The translations under genes and the position numbers were made by a program. Of a stretch of 64,000 nucleotides of DNA, positions 10,363-22,014 are shown piece by piece. The notes below the pieces were generated by a model that ran no database searches, was not told where the DNA came from, and saw only the letters and a list, made by a program, of their open reading frames with translations. Each line of letters opens with the position of its first letter. The stretch's first letter is position 1. Source of the stretch: Vicugna vicugna (taxonomy: Eukaryota); the NCBI GenBank assembly GCA_013265495.1, contig MU058037.1:559498-623497 (forward strand), read 5' to 3'.

Positions 10363-13217
10363 CTATTTAAAACAAAAAGTGATGGAACTGAAAGGAAAAA
10401 TAGACAAAGTACAGTTACAGTTGGATACTTCAACACCTCTCTCACTCAACAGTTGATAGAATGACTAGACAGAAAATCAGCAAGGATATAGAAGAGCTCA
10501 ATAATATCTTAAATAAACAGGATCTAGTTGACATTTGTAAAACACTGAACACAACAGCAAAATATTTATTCTTTCCAAGTCCCCATGGAACATATACCTC
10601 TATAGATAATGCCCTAGACCATAAAACAAACATCAACAAATTTAAAAGAATTGAAATCATATGGTTCTCTGACCGCTATGTAATCCAACTAGAAATCAAT
10701 AACAGAAATACAACAGATGAGTCTCCAATTACCTGAAAACTAAATAACATACTTTTGAATTATCCATAGGTCAAAGTATCAAGGGAAATAAAACATGCAT
10801 TAACTTAAAATGAAATGCATCACATTAAAATTTGTGGGGCACAATTAACGCAATGCCGAGAGGGAATCTTACAGCACTAAATGTATACACCAGACAAGCG
10901 AAAAAAATGCCAAACCAATAATCTAAGCTTCATCCTCTATAACCTATGGAAAGAAAAATAACCCCCAAAAAACAGAAAGGAGGAAATAATAATAAGTAAA
11001 AAGGAACATGAAAACAGAAACAAAAGAAGAAATTAATGAAACAAAAGCGATTTTTTAAAAAAGATCAATAAAATTGCCAAATTTCTAGCAAGAGTAAGGA
11101 AGAAAAAAATAGAGATGATGTAAGTTACCAATATTAGGAATAACAGGGCATATCACTGCAAACTCTATAGGCATAAAAGGATAACAAAGGAATACTACAA
11201 ATACGTGTACACATAAATTTGACAAATTAGGTGAAATAGACCTCTACCTCGAAACACACAAACTATCACACTCACCCAATATAAAATAAATAGTTTCAAT
11301 AGCCCTATAACTAACAAGAAAACTGAATTAGTACTCAAACAACTTACCACATAGAAACTCCCAGGACCAGATGACTTGAATGGAGAATTCTGCCCAATGT
11401 TTAAAAAATAATTAAAAGCAATTCTATACAATCTCTTTCAGAAATAGAAGAGAAAGGGACACTTTCCAGTTCATTTATGAAGGTAGTAATAGCTTGACAA
11501 GAAAACGAGAAAAACACTGTTCAAAAAAAGACAAATACAGACCAGTATACTTCATGAATATAGACACAAAAATCCTTAACAAAATATTAACACATAAAAC
11601 TCAAGATGTATGGAGCGAATTTTACCCTATAACCAAGTGGAATTTATTCCAGGAATACAAGGTGTGTTCAATATTCAAAAAAATAATCAATGTAATTCAG
11701 AAAAGAAGAGAAATCAGATGATTATATAAATCATTGTAGAAAAAAGTATTTGACAAAAGTCAATACCCACTTATGAGAAAAGCTCTCAGCAAACTGATAA
11801 AATATATCTACTAAAAACCTACAGCTAACATACTTAACTGGCAATATATTAAATGCTTTCCCCTTAATATTGAGAAAAAGAATCCCATTCTCACCACACT
11901 TATTCAACAGAGTGATGGAAATTATATCCCATGCAGCAAGGCAAGAAATTGAAATAAAAGGCATAGAGATATGTAATGAAGGAACAAAACTATTTATATT
12001 TGCAGATGATATGATTGTCTACATAGAAAGTCACTAAGTAATTCTTCCTAGAACTAATAAATGAGTTCAACAAGGTCACAAGTTACAAGATAAACATAAA
12101 AGTAAATTCCATTTCTACATACTAACAATGAACATTTGAACACTGAAATTAAGAATACAGTCCTATTTACAAATGCTCAAAAAAAGAAATGCTTAAGTGA
12201 AAAGTTAACAAAACATATACAGGACTTGTATACTTGCCTCTACACATTGCTTATGAAAGAAACTTAAGATCTAAATAAGAGAGGAGACATACTGTATCCA
12301 TAGATTGGAAGACTCAGGATAGCAAAGATGTCAGTTGTCCCCAAATTGATACAGGTGCAATGCAATTCCTATCAAAATCCAAGGAAGGTTTTTTTTTGAA
12401 AAACAGATAATTGTGGGGGAAAAAATCAGTCTCTCCTACTTCAAAACTTATTCTATAACTATAGTATTCAAGACTGTGTGGTATAGATTGCATAGATCAA
12501 TGGAACATAATAGAGAAATAGATCAACACAGATGTGCCCAACTGATTTTTGACAAGGGTTAGAAGGCAATTCAATAGAGGAAAAACAGCCTTTTCAACAA
12601 ATGGTGCTAGATCAATTGGGCATCCATAAGGGAAAAAAAGAACACCTTCCGTCTAAGTTATACCTTAACTAGAATTAACTAAAAATGGATCATAGTCCTA
12701 ACTATAAAACTTCAAGGGGGAAAAAGTCATAGAAAATATTCAGGCTCTAAGACTAGGCAAAGCACTTTTCGACTTGATACCAAAAGCATGATCCATAAAA
12801 GGAATATTTGACAAATTGTACTTTATCAAAACTAAAAACTTATGCTTTGTGTTAGACCCTGTTAATATGATTGAAAGGTAAGCTACAGAGTGGGAGAAAA
12901 CATTTCCAAATCACATGTATGACAAAGCTCTAGTATCTAGAATATATAAAAAACTCACAACTCAACAATAAAAAAAAGAAAAAGATGATGAGACATTTCA
13001 GTGAAGATGGCAGATAAGCACATGAAAAGATGATCAACATCTTTAGCCATTAGGGAAAAGTAAATTAAATCCACAGTAATATGTATCTATGTACCTATTA
13101 AAATGGCTAAAATTTTAAAAAAAAGTCACAGTACAAAATGTTGGCAAAAATGTGGAGAAATTCATACATTGATGGTAAGAGTGTGAAATGCAATAGCCAC
13201 TCTAGAAAAGTTTAGAA
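10363..13217 (+). mobile_element. Old L1 (L1M) ORF2 from EN domain to Cys-rich region, degraded
   Basis: ORFs 10461-10736 (RQKISKDIEELNNILNKQDLVDI) and 11494-11721 (YRPVYFMNIDTKILNKIL); ccaggaccagatgacttgaatggagaattc; tatatttgcagatgatatgattgtc (FADD). Confidence 0.92.
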
Positions 13218-13235
13218 TTTTCTAAACTTTCTCTG

Positions 13236-13560
13236 TTTTTTTTAAACATTTTTTATTGAGTTATGGTCATTTTACAATATTGTGTCAAATTCCAGTGTAG
13301 AGCACAATTTTTCAGTTATACATCAACATACATATATTCATTGTCACTTTTTTTTCACTGTAAGCTACCACTAGATCTTGTATATATTTCCCTGTGCTAT
13401 ACAGTATAACCTTGTTTATCTATTCTGCATATGCCTGTCAGTATCTACAAATTTTGAACTCCAAGTCTGTCACTTCCCACCCCCTGCCCCCTTGGCAACC
13501 ACAAGTTTGTATTCTATGTCTATGAGTCTGTTTCTTTTTTGTATTTATGTTCATTTTTTA
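13236..13560 (-). mobile_element. Young L1 3'UTR-only insertion
   Basis: Reverse complement is highly similar to 4080-4390; T-tail at 13236; 5' end coincides with the A-run just after the ORF2 stop. Confidence 0.92.
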
Positions 13561-13652
13561 AAATTTAATTTTAAATTAGGAATAGCTGTGAATATGCATC
13601 GACTTGTGGGAAATAATGCAGGAAAATCCCATGAAACATTTACCCTGTTTAG
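13561..13652 (-). mobile_element. L1MC-type 3' terminus fragment
   Basis: cttgtgggaaataatgcaggaaaatcccatgaaacatttaccctgttt resembles the antisense L1MC1-3 end. Confidence 0.5.
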
Positions 13653-13864
13653 GTATACTTTAAACTTTTAAATTAGTTCCATAAAATAAAACTACTTAAA
13701 TAAAATATACAGGGCAAAATCTGCCATTGGATTGACATTTCTTCTGTTCTTGGTAGAAAAAAGTAAAATGCCTACGCCTATAAAATTTTTACAACACCAC
13801 AAATAGAATGTATATTCCACTACTACTGAGGGGAGAGTTTTAAAGATACCAATTCAAGTTGGTT

Positions 13865-15268
13865 GATAATTTTGAAGTTCTGTTGTTAGGTACATACTAA
13901 TTGAGGATTGATAATTCTTGATGGCTTGACTCCTTTTTTACTAGCTAATATCTCTCTTTACATCTAATAATATTCATTGTTTTGATGCTAGGAATGCAAA
14001 GATAGTTTGACATTTGAAAAATATCAGTATAAACACCATACTGACAGATAAAGGAGAAAATCCACATAATCATCAGATAAAAAATGCAGAGAAAACACTT
14101 GACAAAATTCAGCAGATATTCATGATTTTTAAAAAAGAAATCCTCTGCAAACTAGGAATAGAAGGAAATGTCCTTGACCTGATAAAGGGCATTTATCAAA
14201 GACCCACAGTTAACAGAATACTTAATGATGAAGGATTAAATATTTTCACCCTAGGACAGGGAGGAAGTCATAGATACTACTTTTTAACATTTCTATTTAA
14301 CATTGTACTAGGGATCTTAGGCACCGTAATGAGGCAATAAAAAGAAACTAAAAGGTATAATGATTAGAAGTAAGGAAAATTGTCACTATTTACAGATGAC
14401 ATGATTACATATGTAGAAAACACAATAGAATATTCAAATAAAATTCCTAGAACTAATGATTTAGTAAAGTAACAGGGCATAAACTCACTATATACAGTCA
14501 TTATATTTTTATGTTCTATAAGCAAACACTTGGAAAATAATTTTTAAAAATGTACAAGGTCATAAATGATAAAATAACTAGATCCTAGATTTAATGAAAA
14601 TTGATTTCTGTCAATCATTGAGAGAAATGAGAGGATATGTAAATAAATGGAATAAAATATCAAAGAATCATTATTTTTGAGATGTCCATTCTTTCTAAAT
14701 TTATCTATAGATGCAACACATTCTGAAGTAACATTTGACTTACAGGTATCTGCACATACACATACACACACGATGAAATTATATACACAGAATTACTTGT
14801 AGAAGAATATTAATAGCAGCCCTTCCATGATAGCCAAAATTTGGAAGAACCCAGGTGTATCTATCTATAGAAGAATGGATAAGTAGTATATATTCTTACA
14901 CGGGTATACTAATCCAGCAATGTAAAAGGAGAAAATCGCTGAAAGACAGAAACATAGATGAATTTAAAAACAAACAAAAACGTCAAGTTGAGCAAAATGA
15001 AGCCAGAGATAAGAGACTGTACACTCTATTATTTCACTTATGTGAAGTTCAAGAAAAGCAAAACTAAGTTATGTTGATTGAAATCAAAAGTGGTTGCCTC
15101 TAGGGTGATTGTCTCTAAAGGGACAGAAGAGGACCTTCCGGGGTAATGGAAATTTTCTATATTTTGTTTTGAGTGGTTATTACTTGGATGTATGCAATTG
15201 TTAAAACTCATCAAACGGACTACGTAAGATCTCTGTGTTTTATTTTATGTAAATTGTACCTCAATAAA
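13865..15268 (+). mobile_element. Old L1 (L1ME/MD-like), RT to 3' end with internal deletion, preceded by an inverted EN fragment (13865-13985)
   Basis: ORF 14014-14340 (AEKTLDKIQQ..KLGIEGN..IKGIYQRPTV); tatttacagatgacatgattac; 3' end gtaaattgtacctcaataaa; antisense EN motif tgttgttaggtacatac. Confidence 0.8.
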
Positions 15269-15958
15269 TTAGTTACTGAGGCTATTGTTAATGACCATTT
15301 TATTGGCCTCATGGATTTTGGACTTTGAGGAAAAATATTCTGGGACATTTAAAAACTCACCAACATTATCTACTTAAGTTATAGAGATAGTGAACAAGTT
15401 GAGCTTTTCAAAAAAATAACTCGTTTTTTAGACACTAGATATTGGCAGAGAAAAGTTCATGAAAGAAGGTGCCCAGTGATAAACATTATATGGTGATTGC
15501 TTTCCTCCCCAGGGTTGTTCCAACTGCCTTAAGGCTGTATGGTTAGAATTCAGAATATCTGACAGAAATGTCCTTGACACAGTTATGACGATCTCCATCA
15601 TTGCTTCAGCAAGAGTAATGTTTTAGTGTCTTTTTTCTTTCTTTTTAAATTATGCTATTAGCTTTAAGCCTCAGGGCAGAAGTACAGTAAAGTGGATAAC
15701 TAATTGAAATATCTAAAATAGACAGCAGTATTCACGAACCATCACATGAAATAGCACAGAAAACTGCCACCTCTGTATAAGTATTGGTTAGATTAAGAAA
15801 GATGATTATCTTCAGAGTAAAGACTCATCAAGGACAAGAATTTGTCTTTTATTTCACATAGCATGTCATCTGTCACAATGTTAGAGGCACATGTGTTAAA
15901 ACCCTCTCTGTTTTAATATAAGCAGAAGCTGTGCTATCTAGACATTCTTCTTGGGGGC

Positions 15959-16158
15959 ATATCAGTTAGTTAACTATTGCCACAATGATGTTGGATAACA
16001 ACCCATCACGAAACTTAGTGGCTTAAAACAGCATGTATTCTCATGGATCTGCTCTGCTGACTCCTGCACCAGCCAGGGAGGAATTGCAAAGTCACATAGC
16101 AAAGGGCTTGGATACCAGGAAGAGTCAAGTGTTGGAAGCAATGATGCACTCTACTACA
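15959..16158 (-). mobile_element. MaLR LTR fragment (MLT1H/I-like), internally deleted
   Basis: aacttagtggcttaaaacagc; aattgcaaagtcacatagcaaagggcttggatac; ends tctactaca. Confidence 0.65.
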
Positions 16159-16469
16159 TGGGGATCTTGAGTTTTTAATAAATATTCTAGCAAGCCTGTT
16201 GGTAAAATGAATGTAAGGGCATACTGCCCTACTGAATCACCTTAATGATATATACCAAAGTAAACCAAGAGCTTTGGAATACTATTGCCTGGAATGTAAA
16301 GTCTTGCCTAGAGAATAAATTCTTCAGACTGCTTCAATATTTTTTCTATAGGTAAATTTGAGGATAATTTGAGGATAATCTAAGCAATATTGAATCTTTC
16401 TACCCATGAATACAGTGTTATTGCTCAATATATAGTGAAGTTCCTAATGTCTTTTGTTTTTAGGATGAT

Positions 16470-16687
16470 CTTTTTTTTATTGAAGTATAGTCAGTTTACA
16501 ATGTTGTGTCAATTTCTGGTGCACAGCAAAATAGTTCAGTCATACATATACATACATATATTCGTTTTCATTTTCTTTTTCATTATAGGTTACTACAAGG
16601 TATTGAATATAGTTCCCTGTGCTATACAGTAGAAACTTGTTTATTTTATATATAGTAGTTACTATCTGCAAATCTTCAACTCCTAAT
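16470..16687 (-). mobile_element. L1 3' end (older artiodactyl/camelid subfamily)
   Basis: ttttttattgaagtatagtcagtttacaatgttgtg...gaatatagttccctgtgctatacagtag; 22-bp flanking repeat tcctaatg(t/c)cttttgtttttag at 16442-16463 and 16681-16702. Confidence 0.9.
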
Positions 16688-17508
16688 GCCTTTTGTTTTT
16701 AGTTTCAGAGTTTATTTGAAACTCAGCTATATAGAGCCATCTCTCTATCTCTCTCCTTAAAGGAAGGAGCATTTTGATCCTTTAGAGATGTATATAATTC
16801 CACTCCTCAATTTATTCCCAAGGTGGGACATAGGGTCCCTTGGGTCATAAGCTGTCTAAACTCAGTTGCTTTGCTTTGGAATGTGCTGTGAAATATGGAA
16901 ACTTGATATCACAGATCCTGACAACTATGTCTAAACTTCAGTCTCATTGCTAACACATACCCCACCTCAAATAATAATTGACAGCATTCATGGTGATAGG
17001 TAAATGCAGAAAAGGGCAGAGTGATACGGCAACTGAAGACCTAAATATAAGCTATGACACCATAAAACCCCCAGAGGCGAACATAGGCAAAACATTCTCT
17101 GACATAAATCAGCAATATTTCCTTAGATCAGTCTCCCAAGGCAAAAGAAATAAAAGCAAAAATAAATAAATGGGACCTAATCAAGCTGAAAAGAACAGCA
17201 AAGGAGACCATCAACAGAACAAAAAGACATCGTAGGGAATGGGAGAAAATATTTGCAAACGATGTGACCAACAAGGGGTTAATATCCAAAATATACAAAC
17301 AGTTCATATAGTTCAATATCAAAAAACCAAACAACCCAATCAAAAAATGTGCAGAAGACCTAAATAGACATTTTTCCAAAGAAGACATACAGATGGCCAA
17401 CAGACACATGAAAAGTTGCTCAACATTGCTAATTATTAGAAAAACGCGAATCTAAACTAAATGAGGTATCACCTCACACCCATCAGAATGGCTGTCATCA
17501 AAAAGTCT

Positions 17509-17692
17509 GGGGGGGGGAGGTGTACAGCTCAAGTGGTAGAGTGTATGCTTCGCATGCACAAGGTCCTGGGTTCAATCCCCAGCACTTCCATTAAAAAAAA
17601 ATTAAATTGATAAACCTAATTACCTCCCCCCTCCAAAAAATAAAATAGAGCAGGGCTCAGCAAATGTTAAAAAATAATAATAAATTTTTTTT
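17509..17692 (+). mobile_element. tRNA-derived SINE (camelid Vic-1 type) inserted in L1
   Basis: G-run start, A box cagctcaagtgg, B box gggttcaatcccc, aaacctaattacctcccc, A-rich tail; TSD aagtct at 17503-17508 and 17693-17698. Confidence 0.9.
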
Positions 17693-18002
17693 AAGTCTAC
17701 AAATAATAAATTCTGGAGAAGGTGTGGAGAAAAGGGGACCCTCTGCACTGTTGGTGGGAATGTAAATTGGTCCACCCACTATGAAGAACAGTATGGAGGT
17801 TCCTTAAAATACTAAAAATAGAGCTACCATATGATCCAGCAATCCCACTCCTGGACATTTTCTGGAAAGGACAAAAACTCTAAGAAAAGATACATGCACC
17901 CCAATGTTCACAGCAGCACTGTTTACTGTAGCTAAGACATGGAAACAACCCAAGTGCCCATCAACTGACAATTGGCTTAAGAAGATGTGGTGTGTATGTG
18001 TA

Positions 18003-18030
18003 TACACACACACACACACACACACACACA
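18003..18030. repeat. (CA)n microsatellite within L1
   Basis: Direct dinucleotide run. Confidence 0.95.
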
Positions 18031-19879
18031 GCCATAAAAATAACGAAATACTGCCATTTGCAACAACATAGATGGACCTAGAGAATATCATACCAAGGGA
18101 AATAAGTCAGACAGATAAAAACAAATATTATATGATATCACTTTATATGGGGAATCTAAAAAAAAATAATACAAATAAATCTATATACCAAGCAGAAACA
18201 GACTCACAGACATAGAAAACAAATTTATGGTTACCAAAGGGGAAAAGGGAATAGGGATAAATTAGGAGTATGGGATTAACAGATACAAGCTACTATACAT
18301 AAAATAGGTAAGCAACAAAGATTTCCTGTATAACACAGGAAACTATATTCAATATTCTATAATAATCTATAATGAGAAATAATCTGAAAAAATATATAAC
18401 TAAATCACTTTGCTTTATCCCTGAAACTAACACAATATTGTAAATCAACTATACTTCACTTTAAAAAATTCATACAAAAAAAAAAAAGAATGGCATATGG
18501 GGATTCCCTATGCTAGGAGTTTCCTTTATCTGAAAGGTCTTCAGAACTGTGACTCACCAGAAATTCTGATGATAAAAGCCACTCCAAGATAAATGAAGCT
18601 GCTAAAAATCACAGATACTTAAACAAACTACTGCTTTGGAAAACAGTTCACTGACAGGAACTATCACCAGAATTTCTTGTTGGCAGGAACCATCCCTGGG
18701 AGCATAAAATGCCCAGGAGTGGGATTACTGGGTCATATCAACATTCAGTTTTGTTCAACATTCAAGTAATTGTGATAGAGAAATCCCATGGGACTGAGGT
18801 ACATGTTGGATCTCTGGGCACCTCTCAGTTTATTTGGGAAGGTAACCTGGATCTTTACAGAAAGCTGTTATTTTTCTCGTTTTGCAACCTTTGTTTTTGC
18901 GGTATTCTGGGTACCATTTTCATAGCATACCAGAAACAAAATATCTCAGTGTCAACGTGTTATTTTTATACCTTCTGAATTTCTGACTTAAGGCACAAAT
19001 AGCCAAAGAGTATATGGATAATAGTTTTAACCTATCTGTAGGAAAGTAAATTTGAGTTCCATTCTAAAAATGCATCAATATCAGCTACAAGGGGTGGGTG
19101 CACTCATCTTCTCCCTGTTTCTAAGCCTCATAGGATGGTTTCTATGTCTCAGATATGGACTAAAGAAGAGTAAGATACAGAAAAACAAGGGGCCAAACTA
19201 GCAGCAAAAAGGATTGATTAGGAAGACTTATAGGAATTATAAAGCTGAAATTAGCAGGGGGACTTATAAGCACTGATGAAAAGAAATGAGGATTGGTCAG
19301 TAAATGGCACTTTCTCTTTATTTTTACCACCTGATCTTTTCTTTAGTCATCACTGCTTTTATTTTTGTCACTTTAGGGTCTTATTGACACATACCAGACT
19401 TACTTACATGATTTACTTGGAAATTCATGACTCTGGGGGTACCCACACTCTAGAGAGGATCAACTTAGAAAGGAGGGAAATGGAAGGGAGAAAAGGAAAT
19501 TCCTAGCTGACATACAATAGAGGTTTTGTTGACACATACCTGGTAAGCAAATTAATTATGTATGGGGAACTGGCTCTTAGGCATTTTGCTGTCAAACATC
19601 CTATTTTCTTTTTAAAATTAAAATCCTTCACAAAAACCTTTTCTATAACTTTTTCCTCCAGATAAATAAATTGAACTTGTAATGCTCTAAGCTGTCAAGA
19701 AGTGCATTTTGGAAGTTACCTGCATTTCTATAAAATGCAATTAATACATAAAAATAAAGCTAGAGTACTGCTTCTTACTCTGTTCTTTTCTATGAACTCT
19801 GAACATCTAGAGTTAACTATTTTTATTTGTTTGATATAAATTATTAACTCTTCAGACCACTCTAGTTTTCTTGAGTGGT

Positions 19880-20321
19880 CAAATGTTACAGCAGTATGAA
19901 GCATGACAGCCAACCACAAATATCCGGGTGGCATATGCTAATATGCAGTTTTTTCTCACATGTCTGAAGGTTGCCTGTAGGTTGGCTGATCTAGACTGAG
20001 CCTGACTGTTGCGGTTTTGCTGGGGCAGCTCTGCTCTGTGTATCTTCAGTCCCCCTCCTGAGGTTAACAGGCTAACCTCCACGTGTTTTTTCACAGTAGC
20101 AGAAGTACAAGAGAGTAAGCCCGATCATAAAAGAGTCTGTCTAGCCTTTGCACACATAAATTCTACTATTATTCCATTAACCAAAACAAGTCATATGATC
20201 TAATGTAAAATAGAGGAGTGAGGAAAAAAGATTTTAATAGGTGGGACTACAGAGTCCCGTGGAAAATGGCCTGGAATCAAAGAGGGAAGAAGAATTGGAA
20301 CCATTAATGTAATCTTCCATA
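19880..20321 (-). mobile_element. MaLR LTR (MLT1H-like)
   Basis: gttggctgatctagactgagc; ccattaaccaaaacaagtcatatg; gaagaattggaaccattaatgtaatcttccata. Confidence 0.65.
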
Positions 20322-20593
20322 TCTGGAAAACTCAAATGTGACACGTCTTCTCCATTTCTCTTTTCAGATGTACATGCATATATATGTATACATAAATACA
20401 TGTACACATGTACAGAATATCTTTTATTTAAACAATAGTGTTTTCTTATGTAGAAATGTCATTTTTCTCAACTAAACATACAACTTTGAGAGGAAGCCAA
20501 TTGGTAAGGGAGGAAGGCAACAACAGACAAACTAGCCAGACAACCTGAATCCATTTTTGTTAAGAGAGGATTCTCTTCCCTTCCTTTCCCTTA

Positions 20594-20650
20594 TCTCTCT
20601 CTCTCCCTCCCTCTCTGTCTCTCTCTTACACACACACACAGACACACACA
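20594..20650. repeat. Compound (TC)n/(CA)n microsatellite
   Basis: Direct reading. Confidence 0.9.
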
Positions 20651-21459
20651 GATTTATTTGAAGTTGTAGTGCATAAGAAAAGGACATTAAAAGTATTCAG
20701 GTAACCAAATAACCTTCTTGGACAAGACATTTTTCAGTAGTTTCTTTGAATATATCTGTCATATAAATAATCCTCCTTTCTTTTTGCCAAAAAAAAATCA
20801 CAAAATGAATTTCAGTTGTTTTAGAAATGGCACTGGGAAATTGCTTTGAATAAATCAGCAACATAGAGGGAAGAAAAGCCCACACAGTCAGTAGGCATAT
20901 CTTTCTCAGAATCCAATGTATTGCAAAGAGATAGATAAGTAAATGCCTCTAAGGAAATCTCTACCCAGCCCTGCTCAGTTACCTGAGTCACTCTTTAACA
21001 TTGCCAGTGTGACACTTCCAATTTTTCAGAGCTCAGATAAATCACCAAGCCTCACAGAACTATGAATATCATACCGTTTTCTGCAGTGCTGCCAAATCTC
21101 ACTGCCCTTCCCAGCCCAATCGCAGAAGGCAGAAGTTACTCATCAAGTAATCTTCTCTCCTTCAGCCTTGACCTTCAGTCATTGCTTATCTAGTGTCTCA
21201 GTGAATCCCCTCTGCATTCTAGCCCCTTTTACTTGCTTGGGTCCTCATCACCATTTCTTGGGCTATTAAAAAAATACATTCAAGAGAACCTCTCCCCTCA
21301 CCCCACTCTTCTCATCTAATCCATCCTGTATGCTATTCCCATAGTCTAATCAGCATCCTTCCCCAGAATACATCTACACATGTAAGTCCAAGATTTTCTA
21401 TGATTCCTTTTTTCCCAGTTGAATTTCCCAACCCCTAATAACATATTCGCAGTCTAAAC

Positions 21460-21552
21460 TGACGAGCTACTACCAGTTTGCCTGGATTTTCCAGGTTTTA
21501 GTAATGAAAGTCCCGTATCAGTTCTAGGCAAACCTGGGTGACTGGCCACTCT
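21460..21552. mobile_element. hAT-Blackjack MITE (MER94-like)
   Basis: ccagtttgcctgga...ggttttagtaatgaaagtccc...ctaggcaaacctggg...tggccactct with internal inverted symmetry. Confidence 0.65.
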
Positions 21553-21579
21553 GACTGACAAGTACACCACACACACAGC

Positions 21580-21745
21580 ACATAATTTATTTAATGAATA
21601 CCTACCGAGCACCTAATATGTGCCAAGCACAGTTCTGAATACTGGAGATTCAGCAGTAAACCAAAAGACAGGGTCCTTTTTTGTAGGCCTCACAATTTTA
21701 ATAGGAAGAGACAGATGTTACACAAATAAAAGATAGATAGATGTG
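21580..21745 (-). mobile_element. L2 3' end
   Basis: tttatttaatgaatacctaccgagcacctaatatgtgccaagcacagttctgaatactggagattcagcagtaaac. Confidence 0.8.
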
Positions 21746-22014
21746 TTGTGCATTTGTCTCCACTTAAGGTGGTAGTCGTCTCTTCCACCTGGAATAGTCT
21801 CTCCTTCTCTGTTGCTGTGTGTGTGTGTGTATAAATATCAAACGTCAGTGATGCGATATGCTCTGAAGATAAATAAAGGAGAGAGTGAAGAAGTAGGGGG
21901 TGGGGTGGGTAATATTTTTACACAGGAAAAGGGAAGTTCTCGCCAATAAAACTTCTATATATATTTGACAATTAATAGCTTGCATATCTCATCAAGTGCC
22001 CTAAAATATCCAAT

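Larger units (their letters stand above)
17035..18487 (+). mobile_element. 5'-truncated L1 (artiodactyl/camelid-age), ORF2 3' part, 3'UTR and poly(A)
   Basis: gaatgggagaaaatatttgcaaac, gaagacctaaatagacatttttccaaagaagacatacagatggccaacag, tgtaaatcaactatacttca, A-tail 18476-18487; frameshifted. Confidence 0.93.

Noticed and set aside
17509..17590. tRNA gene (A and B boxes); likewise 22301 and 38460-38531
   Set aside because: SINE body, A-rich tail and TSDs identify these as tRNA-derived SINEs
19384..19540. 12-bp direct repeat ttgacacatacc at 19384 and 19529 as a TSD
   Set aside because: The intervening sequence has no poly(A) tail or element signature; compatible with chance
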